Positions 1 through 9,893 of a DNA stretch of 64,000 nt are shown here, piece by piece (positions within the stretch are counted from its first letter, which is position 1; each line of letters starts with the position of its first letter). Made by a program: the position numbers and the translations under genes. The stretch lies in sequence record LC680885.1, one strand, 5' to 3'. The notes beneath the pieces are model-generated. The model ran no database searches, was not told the origin of the DNA, and saw nothing but the letters and a program-made list of their open reading frames with translations. The DNA is from Staphylococcus phage S6.

Positions 1-2
1 TG

Positions 3-131
3 CAAACTGGCATCGATATTCCTTCATTAGGATATAACCAAAAATTAGATGAAGCAACTATTATGAAAGCTAAAGAAAAAGAAATAGACTTAAATTATTT
101 TAGTTATATGAGTAATAGTTTAGTTAATTAA
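3..131 (+). CDS. 3' end of a CDS that begins upstream of the window (partial)
   Basis: Frame-3 open from window edge to TAA at 129-131; followed by a strong hairpin terminator. Confidence 0.3.
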   Translation, partial: QTGIDIPSLGYNQKLDEATIMKAKEKEIDLNYFSYMSNSLVN

Positions 132-139
132 TAATTATT

Positions 140-192
140 GCCATGTTAAGTTTATAGCTTAACATGGCTTTTATATATTTATTTTTTTTTTT
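140..192 (+). terminator. rho-independent terminator
   Basis: 11-bp stem gccatgttaag/cttaacatggc with 7-nt loop, followed by a 20-nt T-rich tract. Confidence 0.8.
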
Positions 193-221
193 ATAAAATA
201 AGATTGGAAGTGAAATGTTAG

Positions 222-1733
222 ATGAAAATAGATATGATCAACGTTGATCAAATTATTACAGCCTATGAAGCTAAAGAAGTTACCAATCCTATTTTCTTTG
301 ATTCAGGAACTTTACCTAAAGAAGACGGTTTATTCTCATATGAAATATTTGGTTTAATAGGTACTGATGAAAGAAAGAACAATGTGGGGTGGATTAATTT
401 AGGTGGTAAATACTTAAATCCTGTAGCGTATAAAGCTATGAAAGAATTAGATAAGAATATAGATTTATGTATTCAAGGATCTGATTACTTTAAAATTGAA
501 AAAGGACAATTAGTTCCAGATGAAAATGGTGAAACTGGATTAAATTTCCTATACGATAATTATGAAAATCTTAAATTTAGAAAAAATGATTCTCGTATCC
601 GAAATGAAAAAATTGATATGCTTAAAAATACTCCTAAAGATAGAATATTTACAGATAAATGGCTTGTAATACCTGCTTTCTATCGTGACTTTAACCCTAA
701 TGAAACTTCAGGAGAAATTCAAGATACTGAAGAAATAAATGATATGTATGCGAGTATTTTAAGATCTGTAGATTCAATTAGTTTTAACTCATTTGATTTT
801 GTAGCTAATACGACTAAATATAATATTCAAAATAAATTATTTGAAATATACGTTAAATTAACTTCAGGTGAACTATCAGGTAAAACTGGTATGATGCAAA
901 GAAATATTTTAGGTAAGACAGTAGATAATAGTACTCGTTCAGTTATTTCATCACCTAAAATCAATTCAAATAAATGGAATGAAATGCAAATTGAATTCGG
1001 TCAATTAGGTGTTCCATTAACTCAATTAGTAACATTGTTCTTACCTTTCTTTAGTAAATATATTATAGACTTTATTGAAATTCATAAAGATGCTTTCCAA
1101 ACTGCTACTGGAACTGATGAAAAGGAATTAACATTAGAAGAAGTATATGAACAATTTGATGATAAATCTATTAAGAATATGTTAGAATACTTTATTAAAG
1201 ACCCTAATGAAAGATTTAGTCCTATATATGTAAATGATAGACAAGGTAAACGTCATAAAGTTAAATTATTTGAAAATACTTTAGGTAGAACTTTTACTGT
1301 AATTGATTTACTTTATATAGCTGCTACAGAAATATGTGAAGATAAGTATGTGGTTTATTCAAGATATCCGATTGAAAATTTCTTGAATGTGGCTCCTGCT
1401 AAAATTAAAATACTAACTACAGTTGATACAATTCCAGAAATTACTTTAGATGATATTGTACTTAAAGATTATCCTAAAGTTGTTCATGAATATCCTGTTG
1501 ATGAAGATGTATTTATAGATACTGCTATTATACACAACAGTTATGCCGGAGCACTTGGTGCAGATTTTGACGGTGATATGATCTCTATTAGATCTTTATG
1601 GACAGTTGAAGCTAATAAAGAAGCTAATAAACTTCTTAATAAGAAAACTAACTATCTAAACTACACTGGTAATTCAGTACGTAATTTGGGTAACGAATCG
1701 GTACAAGCTTTATATTCATTAACTAAAGAATAA
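222..1733 (+). CDS. multisubunit RNA polymerase beta-prime, N-terminal fragment (through the catalytic Asp triad)
   Basis: ...ALGADFDGDMISIRSLW matches the universally conserved NADFDGD motif of RNAP beta-prime. NVGWINLGGKYLNPVAY resembles the beta-prime N-terminal GHxGxIxLAxPVxH segment. The ORF ends about 50 aa after DFDGD, like split beta-prime genes of phiKZ/AR9-like phages. Confidence 0.75.
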   Translation: MKIDMINVDQIITAYEAKEVTNPIFFDSGTLPKEDGLFSYEIFGLIGTDERKNNVGWINLGGKYLNPVAYKAMKELDKNIDLCIQGSDYFKIEKGQLVPDENGETGLNFLYDNYENLKFRKNDSRIRNEKIDMLKNTPKDRIFTDKWLVIPAFYRDFNPNETSGEIQDTEEINDMYASILRSVDSISFNSFDFVANTTKYNIQNKLFEIYVKLTSGELSGKTGMMQRNILGKTVDNSTRSVISSPKINSNKWNEMQIEFGQLGVPLTQLVTLFLPFFSKYIIDFIEIHKDAFQTATGTDEKELTLEEVYEQFDDKSIKNMLEYFIKDPNERFSPIYVNDRQGKRHKVKLFENTLGRTFTVIDLLYIAATEICEDKYVVYSRYPIENFLNVAPAKIKILTTVDTIPEITLDDIVLKDYPKVVHEYPVDEDVFIDTAIIHNSYAGALGADFDGDMISIRSLWTVEANKEANKLLNKKTNYLNYTGNSVRNLGNESVQALYSLTKE

Positions 1734-1745
1734 ATTTAAAAAAAT

Positions 1746-1786
1746 GAGGTAACGGACAATTATAGTTCGTTACCTCTATTATACTG
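1746..1786 (+). terminator. putative terminator hairpin
   Basis: 9-bp stem gaggtaacg/cgttacctc; weak U-tract. Confidence 0.45.
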
Positions 1787-1806
1787 CAAAAACGTATCTA
1801 ATGATA

Positions 1807-1833
1807 TTTTAAATTTATATTATAATTATGAAG
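1807..1833 (+). promoter_or_regulatory. variant copy of the conserved AT-rich promoter-like motif (TTTTAAATTTATATTATAATTATGAAG)
   Basis: Shares TTAAATTTATATTATAATTATGA(A/G)G with copies at 48751 and 22403; followed by perfect 19-nt palindrome gttgataattattatcaac (1833-1851) then an RBS. Confidence 0.5.
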
Positions 1834-1877
1834 TTGATAATTATTATCAACTAATTTAAATAAAAGGATGATTTAAT

Positions 1878-2177
1878 ATGAATGAAATTAAAATAATGGA
1901 TACTGAACTACTACAGGAAGCTGTAGAAGGAAAAGAGAATAACGGTGGAGGTTACGAACATACTCGTACCGTTTTCGAATTCCAAGGAAAACAAGGAGTT
2001 TTCGAAGACACTTCTTGTGGTGATTTCGGTAGCAGATTCTTCATGGAATGGGATGGAAAAATGGCTATGTGGGGAAGTATGATTGATGAAGAACTCGAAT
2101 ACAGTGAATTCGATGAACAAGAACAATCAGAACTTCTAAAGCATTTTAGAGTTCCTGTTTTTGAAGAAACAATCTAG
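1878..2177 (+). CDS. small acidic protein (99 aa), monocistronic
   Basis: ORF with RBS aaaggatg; Asp/Glu-rich; own promoter-like motif upstream and a strong terminator immediately downstream. Confidence 0.6.
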   Translation: MNEIKIMDTELLQEAVEGKENNGGGYEHTRTVFEFQGKQGVFEDTSCGDFGSRFFMEWDGKMAMWGSMIDEELEYSEFDEQEQSELLKHFRVPVFEETI

Positions 2178-2212
2178 GACATTAATGTCCTAGATTTCTT
2201 TTATTTTTTTTC
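2174..2212 (+). terminator. rho-independent terminator
   Basis: Perfect palindrome ctaggacattaatgtcctag overlapping the stop codon, followed by tttcttttatttttttt. Confidence 0.85.
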
Positions 2213-2235
2213 TAAAAATATTCTATTTTATGATT

Positions 2236-2254
2236 AAATATATATTATAAAAAT
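2236..2254 (+). promoter_or_regulatory. conserved 20-nt promoter-like motif AAATATATATTATAAAAAT
   Basis: Identical core to copies at 4894, 9894, 28825, 51727, 54577; about 80 nt upstream of the first gene of the paralog array. Confidence 0.55.
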
Positions 2255-2334
2255 AGATGCAATTAAATATATTGAAAGATGTTGTTTTATATGTAAAGTT
2301 TTAGAAGAATTTAATAAGGGAGCTGAAATAGATA

Positions 2335-2817
2335 ATGATATATTACAAAAATAAAGTAAATGGTGAAATATACGAAGTTAATGATATTCATAGAAAAGAT
2401 GATGCATTTTATTATGTGTTTGGTAATGAATTTAAAAAAGAAAGAATAGGATTATATGAATCAGTGGGTAAAAAAATTGATTTATTTGATAAAGATAAAG
2501 GACATAAAGAATTAAACTTCCAATTAAATTATGACTCATCTAGATTATTTTTAGTTACACATATGAAATATGATAATAATAATCCTTTTGCACCTAAAGC
2601 AGTAGATTTAAAGAATCAAAATTTTGTCGCATCCGATTCTTCAGAAGATCTTTACTATATATTATATAAAAGAATGTGTAATGCAATAGATATACCTTTA
2701 TTAGATTATAATGTATTATTAAAAGAATTTAATTTTGATAATGAAGATATATTTAAAATAATATCAGAAGATTGTAAAGAAGTAAAAGATTTTAAAATTA
2801 GAAATCTTTTTAAATAA
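2335..2817 (+). CDS. paralog-array protein (160 aa), divergent tail ...CKEVKDFKIRNLFK
   Basis: N-terminus MIYYKNKVNGEIYEVNDIHRKDDAFYYVF is nearly identical to ORF 3545; C-terminal tail is related to the array consensus. Confidence 0.6.
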   Translation: MIYYKNKVNGEIYEVNDIHRKDDAFYYVFGNEFKKERIGLYESVGKKIDLFDKDKGHKELNFQLNYDSSRLFLVTHMKYDNNNPFAPKAVDLKNQNFVASDSSEDLYYILYKRMCNAIDIPLLDYNVLLKEFNFDNEDIFKIISEDCKEVKDFKIRNLFK

Positions 2818-2832
2818 AAGGAGAAATTTTAA

Positions 2833-3534
2833 ATGGAAAATATTAAATTGTATAAAAATCTAGAAAACGGTGATAAATTTACTTTATCTAAAGATGAAAT
2901 TAATAATGGTAGATTTCTTTATAAAGTCATGAAACAAATAAAAAGTAATTTTTATCCATATTATAATTATGAAGACCAACCCATTACAACCAATGGAAAC
3001 TCTTATTTAATTAATAAACAACTGAATTTTCATTTTTATACACATTCTGATATTATTATAAATTTTAAAAATTTAATTGGAATAGATGAAGATATAATAA
3101 TTAAGAGTAATGAAAATAAAGAAAGAAATATTTCATCTTCAATTGTTTGTTTCTCTGATTCTAATACAAATAATGATAGAATTTATGAAAATATATTTCA
3201 AATTGTTTTGAACACAAAAAAGGCTAAGAAAATAAATCGTATGCTAGATAAATATAAAAGCGATAAATATGAAATATCTTCTTATACAATGGATAAAAAT
3301 GAAGTAATTTTTAAAGTTAGTTTCAAACAAGATTATTTGTCTGATAAGAGTAATGACGCTTATGATTCTCTAGATGAATTGATATATTATATGTTAAAGG
3401 ACCTTAGAATTAAGATCGACAATTCGTATATGTATTTTATGGATTATCTAAGATGGAATTTGGAATTTATTGCTGAAGAAATTACTGATAAGGAAGAAAT
3501 TAAAAAATACTTAATTAAAGAAAAATTTAAATAA
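2833..3534 (+). CDS. paralog-array protein (233 aa) with conserved C-terminal tail ITDKEEIKKYLIKEKFK
   Basis: RBS aaaggag 8 nt upstream; C-terminal tail motif shared by the array. Confidence 0.6.
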   Translation: MENIKLYKNLENGDKFTLSKDEINNGRFLYKVMKQIKSNFYPYYNYEDQPITTNGNSYLINKQLNFHFYTHSDIIINFKNLIGIDEDIIIKSNENKERNISSSIVCFSDSNTNNDRIYENIFQIVLNTKKAKKINRMLDKYKSDKYEISSYTMDKNEVIFKVSFKQDYLSDKSNDAYDSLDELIYYMLKDLRIKIDNSYMYFMDYLRWNLEFIAEEITDKEEIKKYLIKEKFK

Positions 3535-3544
3535 GGAAGTGTAA

Positions 3545-4036
3545 ATGGATATGATATATTACAAAAATAAAGTAAATGGTGAAATATATGAAGTTAATAA
3601 TATTCATAGAAAAGATGATGCATTTTATTATGTATTCAATAATGAATTTAAAAAAGAGAATTCGTCTTTTTATAAATCTTATGGTAAAAAGATTGATTTA
3701 TATGATGAAGACGTAGGAATTATAAAATTGGAGTTTTTCTTAATTTATGATTTTATTAATCTTCATTTAACTACACACTTTTCTTGGGATTTTAATAATA
3801 TTCCTTTTATACCTAAAAATATAGAATTAACAAATCAAAATTTTGTCATATCAGACTCTTCAATTGATCTTTATTATTTATTCTATAAAAGAATATGTGA
3901 TGTGATAGATATAAATATGGCACATTATAATATTCCATTAGGAAAATTTAATTTTGATAATGGAGATATATTTGAAATAATATCAGAAGATTGCAAAGAA
4001 GTAAAAGATCTTAAAGTTAGAAATCATTTTAGATAA
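3545..4036 (+). CDS. paralog-array protein (163 aa), duplicate of ORF 2335
   Basis: MIYYKNKVNGEIYEVNNIHRKDDAFYYVF... and tail CKEVKDLKVRNHFR are paralogous to 2335-2817. Confidence 0.6.
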   Translation: MDMIYYKNKVNGEIYEVNNIHRKDDAFYYVFNNEFKKENSSFYKSYGKKIDLYDEDVGIIKLEFFLIYDFINLHLTTHFSWDFNNIPFIPKNIELTNQNFVISDSSIDLYYLFYKRICDVIDINMAHYNIPLGKFNFDNGDIFEIISEDCKEVKDLKVRNHFR

Positions 4037-4050
4037 GGAGATTGATAAAT

Positions 4051-4227
4051 ATGAGAAAAGAAATTAGAAAAAATGAAAGTAAACAATTGACTTTACAAGA
4101 AAAATGGGAAATTGATGCAGAATTATACAGAGAGAAAAATAAAGACAAGAAAAAAATAAAAGGGCCAATTATAGGAAAGAAAGTTTCTAAAGAAGAAATG
4201 GAAAGAATCTTAAAAGGAGAAGAATAA
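4051..4227 (+). CDS. small basic protein (58 aa)
   Basis: ATG at 4051 sits 10 nt after GGAG; the ORF track's TTG start at 4042 is too close to the RBS. Confidence 0.4.
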   Translation: MRKEIRKNESKQLTLQEKWEIDAELYREKNKDKKKIKGPIIGKKVSKEEMERILKGEE

Positions 4228-4228
4228 A

Positions 4229-4882
4229 ATGTTTAATCACAATATCTTACTATATAAACCTATTAGCATTGATTATAATGATTTTATTGAGTTAAACAAA
4301 GAAAAATATAAAAATGATAGAGAATATATTAAAATGATAAATGTATTTAACTTAATGGAACTGTTAAAAATAGACTCTTTTAAAGATAAAACTTTCTTTG
4401 AAACTGAATGTAAATTAAAATTAAGAGGTTATGATGAATATAAAAATATAAAAGTGGTTTACAATCAATCATTAGACAGTGATCCAATATTCTCTAATTT
4501 AAAAAACTTTAATGCAGAATTAGATATTATAAGTAAAGAAAGAGATAATACTTATATGACTGAAGAATTATTATATGAATACAATATGATGAAAATGAGC
4601 ACATGTATAAATGATAAAGCTAACACTATTACAATTAAAATAAAAAATTTCATTAATTCAAATAAAGAAAATTTTAATAACGATTTTGAATTCCTTATTA
4701 AAGAATTTGAAAATAATTTATTAAAGAATTTAACAGACCTCCATAAATATGAAGACTTACAACTTCTAATTAATAGTGAATATCACAGTTTAAAAGATAT
4801 TAGTGTATATAATGAAAAAATATTTAGACCTGCTACTGATAAAGAGTTTAAGAATTATTTAGTTAAAAAAGGATTTAGATGA
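4229..4882 (+). CDS. paralog-array protein (217 aa), tail ...TDKEFKNYLVKKGFR
   Basis: RBS aaaggagaag; conserved C-terminal tail. Confidence 0.6.
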   Translation: MFNHNILLYKPISIDYNDFIELNKEKYKNDREYIKMINVFNLMELLKIDSFKDKTFFETECKLKLRGYDEYKNIKVVYNQSLDSDPIFSNLKNFNAELDIISKERDNTYMTEELLYEYNMMKMSTCINDKANTITIKIKNFINSNKENFNNDFEFLIKEFENNLLKNLTDLHKYEDLQLLINSEYHSLKDISVYNEKIFRPATDKEFKNYLVKKGFR

Positions 4883-4893
4883 AAATATGTATT

Positions 4894-4913
4894 AAATATA
4901 TATTATAAAAATG
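4894..4913 (+). promoter_or_regulatory. conserved promoter-like motif AAATATATATTATAAAAATG + 5'-UTR hairpin
   Basis: Exact 20-mer; immediately followed by 13-bp stem gagataatgaatt/aattcattatctc (4913-4943), then RBS taggagagtg. Confidence 0.55.
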
Positions 4914-4975
4914 AGATAATGAATTAATATAATTCATTATCTCTATATTAATTTAATTAGGAGAGTGAAAAAGAT

Positions 4976-5584
4976 ATGGATTTAAAAGAGAATAAATTTT
5001 ATTATAATAAAGATATTAATGAGCTTTTTATAATTGGTAAGGATGAAAGTGATATTAACGATAAGATAAATAAATTCTATTATAAAAAATTATTAGAAAA
5101 AAATTTAGATTATCATGGTTTAATTAATAATCTTTATTATAATAGAAATATAAATTTTGATTTAATGGATGATGACGATATATATTTTAGTAATATGTAT
5201 AATGGAATTAGAGAATATATTAAGGTGAGTTATGTAGAATTTTCATGTACAAATTTTGAAGATAATGAAGTAATATTACAGTTAGATACTTTTATTGATA
5301 AAAGCAATGATAAAAATCTTTTAGAAGTTCATAAAGATTCGCATGGTGTTACCATAACAATGGTAAAAGGTTTTTATGAAAAAGATCTTATAAATTATAA
5401 TGAATACAAAAATATTTTAGACAAATTATCTGATCTGTTTGACACAATGCTTAAAGAAGAAAATGATGGAAATATTAAAATCTTTATAAATGATATTGAT
5501 ATATTTGAACCTTATGCATATTTTAGAGAGTTAGAAGACGAAAGAGGAATTAAAAATATTTTGGTTAAGAAAAATTTTATATAA
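4976..5584 (+). CDS. paralog-array protein (202 aa), tail ...ELEDERGIKNILVKKNFI
   Basis: RBS taggagagtgaaaaagatATG; C-terminal tail family. Confidence 0.6.
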   Translation: MDLKENKFYYNKDINELFIIGKDESDINDKINKFYYKKLLEKNLDYHGLINNLYYNRNINFDLMDDDDIYFSNMYNGIREYIKVSYVEFSCTNFEDNEVILQLDTFIDKSNDKNLLEVHKDSHGVTITMVKGFYEKDLINYNEYKNILDKLSDLFDTMLKEENDGNIKIFINDIDIFEPYAYFRELEDERGIKNILVKKNFI

Positions 5585-5598
5585 AGGAGATAGATATA

Positions 5599-6219
5599 AT
5601 GGATGTAAATGAATATATAAATAATCATGATTTTTATAGAGTTGGGAATGACGGTCAAGTATTTGTATTTAATAAAGATATATCAAAAGATGAATTAAAT
5701 TCTAAAATATTTACTAAATTATTTTCATGCGAAAATATAGGAATTATACTGTCTGAATGTGGTCATTATATAATAGATGGAAATAATATATTCTTAAGAA
5801 ATAATGATAAAATATTATTAGTCGAAAATATGACTATTGATATAAGTTTATTTAAAGATGATCTAATTGAATTAAATTTTATATTAAATATTGAATCTGA
5901 TCTTTATTCAAAAATTGGTCCTTTTGAAAAAGATAATCATGATCCTTTTTATTATTATAATACTATTATTCAAATAGAAAATAAAGATAACTTTCAACAT
6001 GAATTAATTTCTCATATAACAAATCATTTTAATAAAATGAGTGATGTTGATTTAATGCTTTTAACTACTAAAAATGAAATTAGATTTAATAAAGATTATA
6101 GTATTAATAAAAAATGTATTGATTTTAAATGTAATTTTAATGAAATTTATAAAATATTTAATAAATTAGAAGATGAAAAAGAAATTAAGAAATATATAGT
6201 AAGAGAAAATTTTAAATAA
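5599..6219 (+). CDS. paralog-array protein (206 aa), tail ...LEDEKEIKKYIVRENFK
   Basis: RBS aaaggag; tail motif. Confidence 0.6.
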   Translation: MDVNEYINNHDFYRVGNDGQVFVFNKDISKDELNSKIFTKLFSCENIGIILSECGHYIIDGNNIFLRNNDKILLVENMTIDISLFKDDLIELNFILNIESDLYSKIGPFEKDNHDPFYYYNTIIQIENKDNFQHELISHITNHFNKMSDVDLMLLTTKNEIRFNKDYSINKKCIDFKCNFNEIYKIFNKLEDEKEIKKYIVRENFK

Positions 6220-6232
6220 GGATAGAATAAAT

Positions 6233-6796
6233 ATGAATTTAGATAATATTGTAATATTAAAAAAGAAAAATGATGGTAAATTTGACAATAACAAATTTAT
6301 AGAATTTAATCATAATAATATTAATAATGATGAAATATTAAGTCTTTCTTTAATTACTCTATATACGAGCGTGTATGCATTTTATATAAAAAGTGATGTA
6401 AAACCTGACAATTTTGTTAGTTATTTAGCTAATTTTTATTTAGAAATAGATGGGCATTTAAAAGGACCTTTAAATATAACACATGATGAAAATAATAGAA
6501 TACTTATAATTTATAAAGGAAGACTACCACAAGATATTTTTGAGATTAGAGAATTTAACGTAAATACTAAATTATATGCATACTTAATTAAAGGTGGTAA
6601 TTACAATACGGTAGAAGATGATCTAATCAAATCAATAATCAATGGTTCAGAGTATATAATAAATAATGAAAGAATTAAGCCAAAAATTATTATTAATGGA
6701 GCATATAAGGATATTACAAATGTATTAAATTATTTTGAAAAACTTACTGATGAAAAAGAAATTAAAAAATATCTAATTAAAAAAAATTTTAAGTAG
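6233..6796 (+). CDS. paralog-array protein (187 aa), tail ...LTDEKEIKKYLIKKNFK
   Basis: tail motif. Confidence 0.6.
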   Translation: MNLDNIVILKKKNDGKFDNNKFIEFNHNNINNDEILSLSLITLYTSVYAFYIKSDVKPDNFVSYLANFYLEIDGHLKGPLNITHDENNRILIIYKGRLPQDIFEIREFNVNTKLYAYLIKGGNYNTVEDDLIKSIINGSEYIINNERIKPKIIINGAYKDITNVLNYFEKLTDEKEIKKYLIKKNFK

Positions 6797-6813
6797 AATA
6801 AGGAGGATTAAAT

Positions 6814-7437
6814 TTGGATAAGTCATTATATGTATCGGATATATTCGATGAGAAAGTTATAGGAAGAAAGGATCTTAATAAAGATGAACTTTTTGATTTG
6901 TCATTTAATACAATTTTAAATAATTCTGCTGACACTAGATTTAATAAAGAAGGAATTAGGTTAATGTTATCATTTTCAAAAGGATTAATTTTAAAATTTG
7001 ATTATGCAGACAAATATTTTTATGTGAAAGATTTTATATTTTTAATAGAAAAAGTTGATGGTAACTATGAATTTAATTTTACATTAAGTATTCCAGAATT
7101 TGCAGACAGTGAAATTGAAATTGAATTAGGAATTTTTGAATCGGATAAAGGTCATAGAGAATTTTATTTTAATGATTTTTCTTATTATAAAGAAGGAAAA
7201 ACTTTATTAGAAAGAGCTAAAGAATATTTAATATACGATATTTTTAATAATTATGGTGTTATTTTTAGTATTTTTTCATTAAAAGACAAAAATAGAATTT
7301 TAACAGACGATAATTTTATCATAGATAATAATGATATAGATGAATTTTATAGTCTAAAAAATATAGATAACGTATTTAGAGAAGTAACAAACGAAAAAGA
7401 AATTAAAGAATACTTAGTTCAGAAAGGATTTAGATAA
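6814..7437 (+). CDS. paralog-array protein (207 aa), tail ...VTNEKEIKEYLVQKGFR
   Basis: TTG start 7 nt after AGGAGG; tail motif. Confidence 0.55.
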   Translation: MDKSLYVSDIFDEKVIGRKDLNKDELFDLSFNTILNNSADTRFNKEGIRLMLSFSKGLILKFDYADKYFYVKDFIFLIEKVDGNYEFNFTLSIPEFADSEIEIELGIFESDKGHREFYFNDFSYYKEGKTLLERAKEYLIYDIFNNYGVIFSIFSLKDKNRILTDDNFIIDNNDIDEFYSLKNIDNVFREVTNEKEIKEYLVQKGFR

Positions 7438-7438
7438 A

Positions 7439-8050
7439 ATGAAAATAGACTTAGAATCTTATGAATACTATTACCATGATGAAGAAAAAATATTAGTTCC
7501 AGTATCATTAGATATGAAGAAAGAAAATGCAAATGAGTTAATGACGTTTGAATATTATAAGAAAGTTTTTAAAAGTTTTAATCATAATATATTTCATAAA
7601 AGAATTCATGATGATAATATACTATTTAGTACTCGATTAAATAAAGTGATTAACAAAAGTACTGGTATATCAATACCTACTTATGATTTATATATACATT
7701 TTGAAATAGATAACTCATTAAATATTATTTCCTTAGAATTAAGTTTTTCAATGGATACAAATCACTTTGATTTATTTAGAACATTCTATAAAGATAAAAT
7801 AGAAGTTATAAATTTTTCAAAGACAGATTTTTTAAAATATAATCAAAATGTAGATAATTTAGAAGATAAAATGGCATGTCTATTAGCTAAATTATTCTTT
7901 GATATGCACAATGATGAAAATGAAGATATTGAAATATATGTAGACAATTTTTACCATGAATCACTAGACATAGCTAAGCCATATAAATATTTTAGATTGA
8001 TGGGAGAAAAAGAAATAAAAAATCTAGCAACTAAAAAAACTTTTAAATAA
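7439..8050 (+). CDS. paralog-array protein (203 aa), degenerate tail ...MGEKEIKNLATKKTFK
   Basis: ATG overlaps the previous stop (translational coupling); tail motif. Confidence 0.55.
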   Translation: MKIDLESYEYYYHDEEKILVPVSLDMKKENANELMTFEYYKKVFKSFNHNIFHKRIHDDNILFSTRLNKVINKSTGISIPTYDLYIHFEIDNSLNIISLELSFSMDTNHFDLFRTFYKDKIEVINFSKTDFLKYNQNVDNLEDKMACLLAKLFFDMHNDENEDIEIYVDNFYHESLDIAKPYKYFRLMGEKEIKNLATKKTFK

Positions 8051-8107
8051 TTTAATTAACTTTCTTTTATATTAATAAATACAATGAAAGAGAGTTGAAT
8101 ATAATAA

Positions 8108-8887
8108 ATGTCTGAAACTAATGAAATTGATTTAATATCACAAATCAATGATATGATGGATGAATATAAGATGTTAGTAAAATTTAAAGATAAAATGGAA
8201 AATAAAGAAATTCAATTAGAAAATCGTATACAGGATTTAACTAAGAATTTGAAATATCCTAAACATACATTCGTATCTAATATGGAAGCTAACATTATTA
8301 GTGTAGAAAAAGAAATTAAAGACACTATTATGCAAATGAAAAATGTTAAAAAAGATATTATTGACTTAACTATGAAAGCTCAGAAAATGGCTGAAGATGA
8401 TGAATCTGAAGATAATTATAAAACTCTTGCTAAAAATGTACTTAATGAGCTTAATAATATGTCTAATAAAGATATTTTAAACAGTATGATGGAACCTGAA
8501 GAAGTAAATGATGAAGATACTGATTTTAGTGAAGAATTAGATGCAAAATTGTCACAATTAGATGAAGAAGAGAAATCTATTAATAAAGAAGTAGATCAAA
8601 AAGAAGAATTGAGTCAAGAAATTAATGAACTAGATCAACAAGATTTATCTTCTATATTAAAAGTCTATAAAGGTACATTACAATTCTTTGTTGTAGGAGA
8701 TTCTCCTGAAGAATATGAATTAGTAGTTGCTGATATGGATATGAATATTATTGAAGAAGATGAAATGGAAGATGAATACCCAGAATTATTTACTATGACT
8801 AGAGATCTTATCTTTGAAGATGTTGAAGGTAATGATGAAATAGTTAAAGATGAATTTGGAAATATTTATCAAAAAGCAGAATTTTAA
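8108..8887 (+). CDS. acidic coiled-coil protein (259 aa), not an array member
   Basis: Glu/Asp-rich with heptad-like repeats; interrupts the paralog array. Confidence 0.55.
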   Translation: MSETNEIDLISQINDMMDEYKMLVKFKDKMENKEIQLENRIQDLTKNLKYPKHTFVSNMEANIISVEKEIKDTIMQMKNVKKDIIDLTMKAQKMAEDDESEDNYKTLAKNVLNELNNMSNKDILNSMMEPEEVNDEDTDFSEELDAKLSQLDEEEKSINKEVDQKEELSQEINELDQQDLSSILKVYKGTLQFFVVGDSPEEYELVVADMDMNIIEEDEMEDEYPELFTMTRDLIFEDVEGNDEIVKDEFGNIYQKAEF

Positions 8888-8897
8888 ATTATTTTAC

Positions 8898-8940
8898 CCC
8901 ATAATATATTAATACAATATATTATGGGTATTTATTATAT
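8898..8940 (+). terminator. terminator hairpin
   Basis: 12-bp stem cccataatatat/atatattatggg, followed by tatttattatat. Confidence 0.6.
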
Positions 8941-8956
8941 ATGAAGGCTATGTGTT

Positions 8957-9322
8957 ATGGGATTTGAGTTAACGATATATGGAATAAATAAAAGTAAGCA
9001 AAGAGATTTACAATGGTATATTAATCATCATAGATATACTAAAGAGAAGAATCATTTATTTGAATTGGAATTATATAAACCACATGAACTTTTTGATGTA
9101 TTAAAATATAAAGTAATTAATTATAAAAATGAAGATGGTTTTGATATTCAAGTAATAGATGAAAATACTTTAAAAGAGTTAATGGAAAATGAATTAAGAG
9201 AAAATAATTTTGAATATGGCTTAACTCAATATTATGAACTTATGACTGAAATATCCAGAAATAAATATTTTATAAATAATGATAAATTTGATTTTTACCT
9301 AATTTTAGATACATCATTTTAA
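8957..9322 (+). CDS. hypothetical protein (121 aa)
   Basis: ORF only; weak RBS. Confidence 0.45.
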   Translation: MGFELTIYGINKSKQRDLQWYINHHRYTKEKNHLFELELYKPHELFDVLKYKVINYKNEDGFDIQVIDENTLKELMENELRENNFEYGLTQYYELMTEISRNKYFINNDKFDFYLILDTSF

Positions 9323-9343
9323 TAATAGGAGAGTGAAATAGAT

Positions 9344-9469
9344 ATGTTAAAAAGATTATACAATTTATTAACTAAGAAAAAATTTGAAAGAAGATTATAC
9401 GACTTTAGATTTAATTATCAAGATCATGAACATTTAAATCAAGTTCATAGAGATTCAAATAATATTTAA
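9344..9469 (+). CDS. small basic protein (41 aa), not in the ORF track
   Basis: ATG is 12 nt after taggagagtg, the same initiation-region sequence as genes at 4976 and 54654. Confidence 0.4.
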   Translation: MLKRLYNLLTKKKFERRLYDFRFNYQDHEHLNQVHRDSNNI

Positions 9470-9488
9470 TATGAAAGGATGATTATTA

Positions 9489-9890
9489 ATGCTATCAGAA
9501 TACAGATTAAATTCAAGTAAAGAAGACATTAAACAGCTATTAAGAGATTATGGTTTTAAAAAAGATTCTTATACTAAAGCTTTATTATATAGAAAACGTG
9601 TAACTGACCCAAATGATATTTTATTTATAGTGGCCGAAGTAGTTATTGAAACTAATTCAGATCTAGTTAAATTAAATTACTATGATAGTAAACATAATAG
9701 ATTTAATCCTTCTAATGAATCACCAGAAGTTCAAAAAGGTTTAAGTATATTAGAAGATATGAAAGAAAAAGAATTATTAATTGAACCAGAGTTAACTCAA
9801 AATGAAGAAGAAAAAGAAGTTCTTGATAGACTTAAAGAACAACGTGAAGAAATGGAAAATGGTCAAGTATCACCCAATTCTGAAAATTAG
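9489..9890 (+). CDS. hypothetical protein (133 aa)
   Basis: RBS gaaaggatg; acidic C-terminus. Confidence 0.5.
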   Translation: MLSEYRLNSSKEDIKQLLRDYGFKKDSYTKALLYRKRVTDPNDILFIVAEVVIETNSDLVKLNYYDSKHNRFNPSNESPEVQKGLSILEDMKEKELLIEPELTQNEEEKEVLDRLKEQREEMENGQVSPNSEN

Positions 9891-9893
9891 AAT

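Noticed and set aside
1911-2126. 71-aa minus-strand ORF overlapping the small acidic protein gene
   Set aside because: Fully antisense to a better-supported ORF; no RBS; typical spurious antisense ORF in AT-rich DNA. The same applies to 10658-10858, 11108-11308, 12459-12659, 13029-13220, 18817-19005, 20658-20846, 25568-25804, 27091-27474, 30643-31020, 31376-31600, 31968-32171, 32689-32979, 32804-32992, 33370-33630, 36585-36788, 37011-37301, 38824-39021, 41763-41990, 43555-43755, 45734-46090, 47827-48021, 49315-49632, 51877-52101, 52229-52411, 54307-54501, 61805-62020 and 63179-63409.
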